From Tricharina praecox (taxonomy: Eukaryota): a DNA stretch of 20,000 bases. A program made the position numbers and the translations under genes. The notes beneath the pieces were generated by a model. That model saw only the letters and a list, made by a program, of their open reading frames with translations, made no database searches and was not told where the DNA came from. The stretch's first letter is position 1. Every line of letters starts with the position of its first letter. Where the stretch lies: the NCBI RefSeq assembly GCF_024521635.1, contig NW_026250414.1:987965-1007964 (forward strand). Direction: 5' to 3'. Positions 1 through 8,737 of the stretch are shown here, piece after piece.

Positions 1-3000
1 CTCCATCCACATAGGTAGTAATTACTCGACATGTACACAACACATCGGCTGCACACACCGCCCACACCGCAGAATAGTAGTCAACAAGCAGGTTCCCAGG
101 GGAAAATGTGGTACTCCACAATTGTCAAAGCGGGCATAACCTAGCTTAAGCCTGATGAATTCAAAACTTCCTACCGGAAACGCCAGAGTTCGACCCAAAA
201 TTCAAATTGGTTTGTGACCGCGGTTTTTTTTTTCTTCCATCTCTGCTTTCGACCTGTATAAAATCATGGCAAAACCATGGCTGTTTTTTTCCGCCCACCT
301 GAAGTGTGAAATCAATTACTATGGGTGCGGTGGCGAAGGGTTGATGAGAGGTAGTCGTGGTGATTGGTAATGATCGGCTTTGATAGTAGCAGCCTTCGCT
401 AATTAGGGACTCTAGGCGGTCGTTGTAAATTGTGAGACAAGCTGAGGAATGCAGAGTGAGTAAAAGCACAATGTCCGTGAATGATTCATAAAAAGTGCCA
501 CCTCACTGTGCAAGCGGTTAGGTGTAGACGCACAAGGGGAGAATCAAGTGATGTAGGAGGGAATCAATCCTTAAGGTTTGAATCGGAGTGCACAGTCAGG
601 CCTGCGGGTGCAATTCTGAGCCCAACACATACAAAGTGCCCAAGATATGGCGAATCAGCCAGACCTCTGGGTGTGATTCTAAGCTAGCAACATGCAAAGT
701 CCAAGACATAGCGCCAAGCAGAGCGTTCTTCATAGTCGACACCTCAATCCGGCGATCACCTCCACGTTACCTGAAGAAACTTATCTCTACCAATCACCCC
801 CAAATAGTCAAATACCTGCTACAAGAAGAGTTTGCGCCGGTCGGGAAATGGTGAACGAAAATTGGTACCGGAGTGGCTCTTGAGCGACCACTCATTCCAC
901 TCTAGGTACCGTGGTCGAGCCTGAAGGGGTTCTGACAACCCACCTCTGACTCGTGTGTCGCTTATTCTCTACCAAAATGACTTTTTTTAAAAGAAAAAGA
1001 ACTCTATGTATTAGTCGCCTCTTGGTATTTCGTCCGCTAATTCGGTCAATAGTCTCGGAATTCATATCCCTCCTACTTGTAGAGAAAAGCACTAGAATTT
1101 TGGAGTGAATACCATTCGCGTCGCAAAATATAAATCTCAGTTTGCGGGGGTTGTGTTGGTTCGTATGGTTGTTGATTGGGGATGGATGTGTAAGCCGACC
1201 ACGACTAGACATCACCAACTACTCCACACGTCAGTCATGCGACTCCAGCTCCTGAGCCCCGAGTATTAGGAGGAGAACAGATGGTGAAAGCCTTGGAGAA
1301 AGCCTCTGAGCCCTCGACCTGGTCGATCAAAGCAGGGCAACGTAGAAGTCCGACGGCCGTATCTCGAACTAGAACTCCAAGTCGTGCACCAGGTTATGCC
1401 AGCGTCGTACCTAACGGATGACCTGGTCGCTTCATAGGCGGTTTGAATACGAGGGGTCAGAGGATATGATGAGAGAGAGCACCAACTTACCGTACCAGTA
1501 TTTTACACACAGCCTTTTTAGACCATCTATGGCGAACCAAAAGGAAAAAAGACTGTGTATAAAAACATGCAACCGCCACTTCTCGACATGGAAATTAGTG
1601 TATGGCAGAACATGTGGTTAGAGTAAGCTTAATTCGCTGCGCTTTCTCAGGATCCTGCACTTCGATAGGATATAGTTATGTAGTTACGGTTTTCGCAAGG
1701 CGTAGCAGGGTTCTCGATCGGAGCTTCCCTTCGTGGGTTCATCCAGATTCCAAGTTCGCTACCACCGGTTACCTCAACCGATATCGGACTTTTATAAAGT
1801 ACCATCCGAATTCTCCGATCTCGTCCTAGAGGCTGGAATCCTCATGCTTACTCTTCCATAGCTTCTCTTATCGACTCTATATGCGGCCTCGAACTACCGT
1901 GGAGCAGTCCGAACGTGAGTCTGCCTCAATCCACCGTCTCTGCGCTCCATACATCGACGGGCATTTCGAAGAGACTATCCATCCAAGCGTGTGGGTTGTC
2001 GACCACTGAGACGAACAGCGGTGGATCCGGTTGCTTCGGATTTCTGCGCGCGTTTGCGGTGCGGGATTTGCATCGCTATCTGCGGCAAACACACAAACGA
2101 AAAGAATGCAATCGATAGGCGTGGCTTGTCTCGGTTTAGTTGTTGTCACGTTTTTTTTTCCACTCTCTCTCTCTGCAGGCTCAAAATCGAACCAACCATG
2201 TCTCATGTTCGGTTTCCGCTGTGACCAGGGGTGGTGCTGGCAATCCGTTCTATACCTACCCACATCTCATCTCGGTTTCTCCGCCGGCACCCCAGTTTTT
2301 CACGGCCCCGCCAGCGATGCCACAAACATGACCGAGAAAAGGTACGAGCCGAACGACGGAGTCGAGGATAGGAAATCGGTGATAAGGATCGTGATCGATT
2401 CAACCAGGTTTAGGGTTTCGATGTACAGTATGGTAGATGGGAGGCGGCTGCTTGACTCCAGAGGTGGCTTACTATCGTAGGATAGTCTCCGTGAGCGGTG
2501 AGGTAGCAAAGAGGGGGGCATGTGGGTCTAGAGTAGATCTATTCGGAACGGCCTGAAGGCTGAATCCAACAAAGCCAATCATCCGGCAACAAGACTCCAG
2601 TGCGATGCCACCGAGGCACAAATAGAAAGAAGCACTTCCCCGATACGGGTACTCCTGGGAGGTCTGAGGGGGTCCTTATTCATGATTTCACATGAGGCAC
2701 CAATCGGACGGCGAACTGCTGCTGTGCGGAATCGTCAATTGCAACAAGTTGACTCGCCATGTTTCAATATATCACTCGACTGTCGAGGAATGAGGAATGC
2801 AAGTTCTCCACATTTATCTACTGGACTTGCCATGATCAAGATGGCGAGATCGCCGCGAGCACGGGACCCAATTGCCAAGCCGTTTCTCATGCGGATGCAA
2901 GTAGGTAGTGGGTCGCCCCGGTTTCCAGGCTTGGATTGCATCACCGAGGCTGCCTCCAGCGCACTAATACTAAAACTTCCTAAGTAGGCGGGAAACAGGG

Positions 3001-3020
3001 TGGAGGGCGCCAGCAGGCCT

Positions 3021-3033
3021 CTTGCGCAGAGGA
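3021..3033. repeat. 13-bp target-site duplication, left copy (CTTGCGCAGAGGA)
   Basis: Identical to 3575-3587 and abuts the element's (TC)n tail. Confidence 0.85.
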
Positions 3034-3574
3034 GAGAGAGAGAGAGATATCTTCCTGTTTTATTTCGCATGCAGCCTATCTAGACTATGGCGAACCCACG
3101 ACCTCCGTTTCCTGTCCGCCCTGGCCAGTCGAGGTGAAAACCCCCCCGGGACCGACCAGTCCGATGCGGCGCCCCACTTCCCCTGCCCCATCCGCCTCGG
3201 GCCGACACAAGCAAAGACATGGTATATCGACAGTAAAGATTGGTATGGGCCCACATGCCCGCTCCTCCTGCTGCTCCTCGCCTCTCTTCCCCGTCATCCG
3301 CTTCCGCTCCAAAACCTATCACCGCGTATCCTACTCTCCCACTTCCTCGCACCGACCACAGACGCAGTATCCTGCTGGACACTCTTGCTCTGCTCCCGAT
3401 GCGATGCTCGCCTCCTCCTCATCCTCGTCCAGGTCTGCTGGTGCTTTCCTCCACACCTCCGTCGTTCCCAGAAACTCTAGGATTGCCTCACTGCACCGCT
3501 CATCAGCGAACAGCTCCGTTATTGACCACCTCTCTTCTCTTCTCTTCGTCTCCTTCATGACCTTCGCCAGAAAG
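3034..3574 (-). mobile_element. 5'-truncated non-LTR retrotransposon (LINE, Tad1-like) 3' end: ORF2 C-terminus, 3' UTR and (TC)n tail
   Basis: The minus strand encodes FLAKVMKETKRREERWSITELFADERCSEAILEFLGTTEVWR, which matches my recollection of fungal LINE ORF2 C-termini (LFADERCS.AIL.FL..T.VGR). It is followed by AATAAA (3064-3059) and a (TC)8 tail (GA repeat 3032-3047 on +). The segment is flanked by an exact 13-bp direct repeat CTTGCGCAGAGGA at 3021-3033 and 3575-3587. Confidence 0.85.
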
Positions 3575-3587
3575 CTTGCGCAGAGGA
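3575..3587. repeat. 13-bp target-site duplication, right copy (CTTGCGCAGAGGA)
   Basis: Identical to 3021-3033 and abuts the truncated 5' end of the element. Confidence 0.85.
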
Positions 3588-3901
3588 CGGTAGCCCACTA
3601 GTCGACTGTCGTCCAAACATCGAGTGATATTTAGTGGATCTAGAAGGGCATACCTACCTACCTACGTAGGTTCAGTTGATCGCGTTTAGCCTTATGGATG
3701 GCCTACAAACTGACAGTAGAGCTGAAAGATCGAATATTTCCGTTCGAACTGGTGAAAAGGTATTCCGTTTGGATAAGTGTTGGGGCCCGAGCTTGAGTCT
3801 GACCCTGAGCCTAAATCTGAGCTCAAGCTGGAATCCATATCGTTGTTGCCTTCATCACTTCTGAATATTCTACTAGGACGTACAATATGCCAATGCGGGA
3901 A

Positions 3902-4189
3902 CGTCAGCCGGCAGGGATGATTTAGAAGTGATGCTCAGAGATCCAGCGGGGGGTTCACTTGAACATTGACACTGGTTGCTCTAGGTAACTTCTGTTCAAG
4001 TTCGCGAGAATGCTTCTGATATCACTCGTTATCAACACATCCCCGCCAATCCAGATCCAGCCAACTTCATTCACTGCAAAAAATGTACATCCGCTGGAAA
4101 TGTGGGGGATACAACTTCTTTACGTAGGGCTGAGGGCGTCAGCCGGTGGTGAGGATGCAGGAATGATGCTCAGAGACCCAGCGGGGGGG
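3902..4189. repeat. Diverged ~52-bp direct repeat pair (3902-3953 and 4137-4189)
   Basis: Both copies read CGTCAGCCGG-N17-TGATGCTCAGAGA[T/C]CCAGCGGGGGG and start 235 bp apart. Confidence 0.7.
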
Positions 4190-4453
4190 ATTAAACCTGT
4201 CACCCTCACACGCAGAATCGAACAGCAATCGGATGTCTAGCGTCGCAAGGATGAGGAAAACTCGAACCACAAGTCGGGGACACCAGCCGATATTCAGGAT
4301 AATGGGTGTAGATCCGAAGTCAGGCGTCAGGTTGTACCGTTGTAATCGGCTTCTAGTAGTGCTGTAGTAGATGTTTTCTGTACTAAGTAATCAGGCCTCC
4401 AGTGCCCACCATTGCACTGTGACCCAACAACGTACAACTGATTCACGGGCATT

Positions 4454-4459
4454 TATAAA
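4454..4459 (+). promoter_or_regulatory. Putative TATA box of the 2OG-Fe(II) oxygenase gene
   Basis: TATAAA within TTTATAAATA, about 135 bp upstream of the ATG at 4592. Confidence 0.5.
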
Positions 4460-4591
4460 TAGCCCGACCCATGCATCCCTCACGTGTTCTCGGCGCCGAT
4501 CAACCACGATGACTCCCTCAGGAGTCAAGACTCCCATCCCATAAAGCGCCACCACATTCCAAATCCCAATCCGCGATCCGCAATAACAACA

Positions 4592-5500
4592 ATGTCTTCA
4601 ATAACCTGCATCCCGATCGACTTCTCCACCAGTGCCATCGCCGGGCCATACGACACCTTCTTCGCCCTAATCCTCGAAGATGTGTTCACGGCCAGCGAAT
4701 GCGTCGACCTCATCGCGCTCGCGGAAAGCGAGGAGCCCTGGAAACCAGCCAATGCCCCGCGCGAGCAGCCGGGAAAAAACCGGGCTCCCATCTCGGGGGG
4801 GGAATACGCGCCGGTTCATGCAGTCTCCCAAGCTTTCCGCAATAGCGAGAGGATCATGCGCGACGATCCGGTAACTGCTGCCAAGATATTTGAGCGCATA
4901 CAACCGTTCCTGCATGAGGTTGCAGAGATCGGGCCCGACAACAAGTTCGTCGATATCACGGGGAAGGCGGGGCAGAAATGGAGTGCGGCTAGAGGCGAAA
5001 CTGGGTTCTGGAGGCTGGCGAAGTAAGCTTCCAACATCGCGTTATGGAGAACGTTTTTGTCTGCCCCGGATACATGGCTGATATATATCCACGTTCGATG
5101 AAGGCTCAACCACCGCCTCCGCTTCCTCAAGTATGGGCCCAGTCAGTACTTCAAGCCGCACTGCGACGGCCTACAGGACGTTGCCGGTTCTGACGACGGC
5201 TCTGAGCCTACAACGAAGAGTTTCATAACGATACATCTATATCTGAACGACGGCAATGGACTTGAAGGCGGAGCCACGAGGTTCTACACACCCAACAAGA
5301 AACGGTGGCTCGATGTCGAACCGAAGCTCGGAAGGATCCTCATATTTCAGCAGCGTATGCTCGTGCATAGTGGTGAGGAGGTCACAGGTGGTACGAAGTA
5401 CACGTTGAGGACGGATATTATGTTCGAGAAAGTGGTTGTGACGAGGGAGCAGAGGAAGGCCGCGGAAGCGGCGGCGGCACAGGTGGAGACGACGGAGTAA
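4592..5500 (+). CDS. 2OG-Fe(II) oxygenase (prolyl 4-hydroxylase-like family), ~275 aa, 2 exons
   Basis: Exons 4592-5022 and 5104-5500; intron 5023-5103 (GTAAGC...GCTGAT...AAG). The spliced product reads ...LEDVFTASECVDLIALAE...RNSERIMRDD...WRLAKLNHRLRFLKYGPSQYFKPHCDG...SFITIHLYLND...LEGGATRF...GRILIFQQRMLVHSGEEVTGGTKYTLRTDIMF. It has the HxD...H facial triad (HCD, VHSG) and the K/R 2OG-binding strand. ATG context is ACAATG; stop TAA at 5498-5500. Confidence 0.93.
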
Positions 5501-5712
5501 TTGGAATACCATGGAACAAATAATGACAGATAATGACTCAAGCCAACTTATAACATACTTTACGGGAGCTATGGCTCTTGTCCACCGATCAGACGTGACT
5601 TAGCACTTTATCATAGCGTGCTCTACGTATAGACCCTGACACTGAAATGATACAGTACGTAGGTCTTCTTTTTTGCTTTAATCATCATTGCATTCAATCA
5701 TACCTAGTAGAT

Positions 5713-5752
5713 CATCATAGCCGTTAGAAAACCGGTGATCCCCGCTGTCCGC
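5713..5752 (+). pseudogene. Possible 5'-terminal fragment of a 5S rRNA gene (relic)
   Basis: CATA-GCCGTTA-GAAAA-CCGGTGAT-CCC..GTCCGC follows the spacing of the 5' third of ascomycete 5S rRNAs (CATA-N7-GAAAA-N8-CCCGTCCGC). The 3' two-thirds are not recognisable. Confidence 0.3.
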
Positions 5753-6692
5753 ACCCGGGGGCAGTACATCGGTACCGAGAGAGAGAACATTAATTATCGT
5801 CGCATACGGCCTTACTAGACCATGGCACCCTTTATTTCCTGCCAGCTCCCCGGGGGGTAGAGATCGTAGTACATAGGTAAACTGTATTTCGCTCCTGAGC
5901 GGTGATTCAAGTGCGAGTGAAGAACAGTGATTCTTATATAGCGGTCACCAGTTCGACATCACCACCAATCCATAGCCTAGACACGTGAAGTCCACTCGTA
6001 TCGATGTGAACAGGTAGTACAGACAGCCAGTCAATCCCAGAAACGAAGACAACAGAGCCGACAGTGGACAGGCTTTGCCGGGTCGTGTGGACAATGGACA
6101 TGCATAGGTACCTATGTGGGCGCGGGTTTGAGAACCGGCGGGCACGGCCCGCCCACACGAATATGCATGAAACAATGAATTCACCGACGTTGCTGCCCGC
6201 ATTCCGGCTGCCCCACCGTGGCACGGCGCGGCCAGCATTGTTCATTCGGCCCCACAAACTCGAGCTGCAGCTACATACCGGTATTGCTGACCGTCCCGAG
6301 AATGCCTAAATTACCCCGCAGGATGTCCAGCGGGGATCACGTCGTAGAAATAAGGGTTTATGTAGCATAACTCGAGTTCAATGGCTATCTCCGCACCTAC
6401 CACCCCAGCATCTCCGAGCTGCCCCGAGTGATGGTAAGTGATTGTGTCCGGTAAACGGGCCTTGCATTAGTTTAACGGCCTGTGGTGGGGTGTAGGACCC
6501 TTCCCCCACAACCCGACGACTTGTCTTGGCGTGCGTAGATACGAGGTACTAGTAGTATGACGATGACAGCCTTCCATTGCAGCGACCACTCGGACCCATC
6601 TTGACCACGCAAAAAAGAGCTCAGCTCAGCCTGGTCGCAATCACTTTGTACGAGTGATTGTAATTCGATGAAATGAAATTCAGTTCCATGCT

Positions 6693-7696
6693 CTACCACT
6701 CCCCGATCTGAAACTGCGCGTTACACATATTCTCCAACTCCCAGACCTCACTCGTCCTAGCACCCTTCTCGCCTTCTCTTGCAGCCCCCGCAATAAAGCA
6801 CACAGACATGTAGTGATCGTCCGTTCCATGCGCATCCCTAAACAGCGGATGATGCATCAGCCTGGTGGCCCCCTCTTTGACCTTAACGCTGCCGTCTTCG
6901 TCGGCCTCCGGGCTCTTCGTCATGACGTCGACAAACGCCTGCCGGAACTCGAGCGCCCACTTCTTTGGCGGCACGGGCTGCGCAAAGTTGTTGCGGTAGA
7001 TGATTATGTTCGGCCAGCGGTTGCGGTACAGATTGTGCACGGCGCCGCCTGTGCCTAGCAGCAGGATGTCGTCGTCGCGGAGCACTGAGAGGATCTGCCC
7101 CAGCCGCGCGTGGAAGGTTGGATTGTACTTCGTGTTGAGCGAGATCAGCGTCGTCGGCGGACACGCTTGCGGGAACATCCATTTCAGTGGGATCACTGAG
7201 TCGTGCACCCAGTCGTCCTGGTTCGAGTCAGCGGTATTCATGCTTTGGTGGATATCTGTCGGCCTACCTTGTCGTTGAGCACGACGTCGACACCCCCCTC
7301 CTCGAGTATCTTCCACACCCGCCGGCCAAGTGCTTCGTCGCAGTTGAGCTGGAAATTGATGTACTTTTGAGGAGCGACCCACGCGATCGGATTCATGCCC
7401 GGATTCTTTTTGATCGATACGTGGACGAGGTTTTCTCCGGGAAACTCCCAGTGCGCCCCCTATACAGTGTCAATATTCTTCTTCTGATCGTCTGAGAGAG
7501 ACATAGAGATAGAGAGAAAGAAAGAAGATGATGAATATGAACGGACCAGAATAACAATGCCCTTGATCCCCCGCCTCTCTGCATTCCGTCCCTGTCGCTC
7601 CCAGTCATCGGAGACCACACTCTGCTCGCCGAGCATCATCGTGGAGCCATGGGAGACAAAGATGAGCGGCGTCGGTCTCTTAGTCGTCGGTGCCAT
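6693..7696 (-). CDS. Extradiol ring-cleavage dioxygenase, LigB/class III (4,5-DOPA dioxygenase / YgiD-like), 288 aa, 3 exons
   Basis: Exons 7696-7547, 7459-7268, 7217-6693; introns 7546-7460 (GTCCGT...TTGAC...TAG) and 7267-7218 (GTAGGC...GCTGAC...CAG), both phase 0. Motifs: PLIFVSHGS, GIVILGAHWE, DWVHD..IPLKWMFP, LGQILSVLRDDDILLLGTGGAVHNL, WALEF, DAHGTDDHY. The metal-binding and catalytic His pattern of the DODA/LigB family is present. Confidence 0.93.
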
Positions 7697-8000
7697 TTCA
7701 ATTGCTACCGTTCAGTTTTGTATGTCGAGAATCGAGAAGTGGTAAAATCGCGCCTGATATCTGTCCCTCCATCCCTCCATCTATCCATCGGCTGACGCTA
7801 AGTCCGTTAATCAATATCCATGCCACCTCCCGGCGTGGGGCAGCCCAGCCCACCCCGGCTCATCCCCCCTCCCCACCCAGCCGGTCGGTCGGTCGGAGTT
7901 GCAGCCGATGTCGCCCCCAGCCCAGCCCAGCTGTATTGTACATATACCTCCACCATTTCAAACCCGAACACCCCCCCGTCGTCCATCGCAAACAACAAAC
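7697..8000. promoter_or_regulatory. Short bidirectional promoter region between the LigB dioxygenase and the 128-aa gene
   Basis: Head-to-head ATGs are 304 bp apart. The region contains a tandem CGG run (CCGGTCGGTCGGTCGGA, ~7881-7897), CAGCC repeats and a TATA-like TACATATA (7939-7946). Confidence 0.55.
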
Positions 8001-8440
8001 ATGCCCTCCCACGCGACCTCACGGGACACCTCTACCTCAACATTCGAGCCCAATCCTCTCGTCCTACGCCTGCACGGCGACGCCCTGCCAGTGCAAACAT
8101 GGCGGTACGCCACGCCCGAGGACCGACCTGACGATCCGACACTCCTGCCAGCAGGGAATGACTACAGCTGGGACTACTCGCAGGGCAATCCGCCGAATCC
8201 TGCGGTGCAAACGGACGCAAGTTTCAGGCCCAACGGAAGTAACCTCGTGGTCAGCGCGCTTATTGGAATCGTCTTTAGAGGCGTCAATGCTATTGGGGTG
8301 GGTGTGATGCTTTCCGGGTTTTGAGACTGCAAGGCTGACGGAATACCTAGACGGTGAATCGTATTTGGACTGGCACGGGACAGAAGGTGTTTGGTGATCA
8401 CATTTGGACGTATAAGAAGGCGGTGCAGGATCCGTTGTAG
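8001..8440 (+). CDS. Small protein of unknown function, 128 aa, 2 exons, with one hydrophobic segment near the C-terminus
   Basis: ATG at 8001 in a strong context (ACAAACATG). Exons 8001-8297 and 8351-8440; 53-nt phase-0 intron 8298-8350 (GTGGGT...GCTGAC...TAG). Product: MPSHATSRDTSTSTFEPNPLVLRLHGDALPVQTWRYATPEDRPDDPTLLPAGNDYSWDYSQGNPPNPAVQTDASFRPNGSNLVVSALIGIVFRGVNAIG/TVNRIWTGTGQKVFGDHIWTYKKAVQDPL*. Third positions are C/G-rich like the neighbouring genes. Confidence 0.72.
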
Positions 8441-8737
8441 AAGACAAGGCTGGCTGGCTGGAGGGGAATGTGGAGGAAGAGGTGGATTTTGGAATAACTA
8501 CATACTGGCGGTCGAGCGGGAGGATTTGTCGTTTTGGTACATATATGGAATTAAAGGAGTTCACAATGGAAAACTGGATCAGTACATACGATTATCACTG
8601 GTGCCCTGGGTCATATGCACATGGAGATGAAGTCGAACTTCTCCAGAACTCAAGTCCGAGCAAGATAACACACAGCCAAATAAACTACGATACATGATAC
8701 CAAAGAAGTAAACAATTCCCATTCCCTCGCCGAGTCC

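Noticed and set aside
142-233. A-box-like TAGCTTAAG (142) and B-box-like GAGTTCGACCC (186-196) at tRNA-like spacing, followed by T10
   Set aside because: The T-stem and acceptor stem do not pair and no cloverleaf can be built. At most it is a degenerate Pol III/SINE-like relic.
588-854. Ankyrin-like peptide NHPQIVKYLLQ in an 88-aa ORF
   Set aside because: Single short match with no TPLH motif, second repeat or gene structure.
892-1218. KLRFIFCDANGIHSK resembles the start of a LINE apurinic endonuclease domain
   Set aside because: No following QE, GDFN or SDH motifs were seen; too little evidence to call.
1250-3020. Several short ORFs and coding-like fragments
   Set aside because: No recognisable family and no consistent splice model. 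Probably decayed gene or TE sequence or intergenic DNA.
4484-4591. N-terminal extension of the 2OG oxygenase ORF given in the track
   Set aside because: It starts at GTG just downstream of the TATA box. The ATG at 4592 in ACAATG context is the plausible eukaryotic start.
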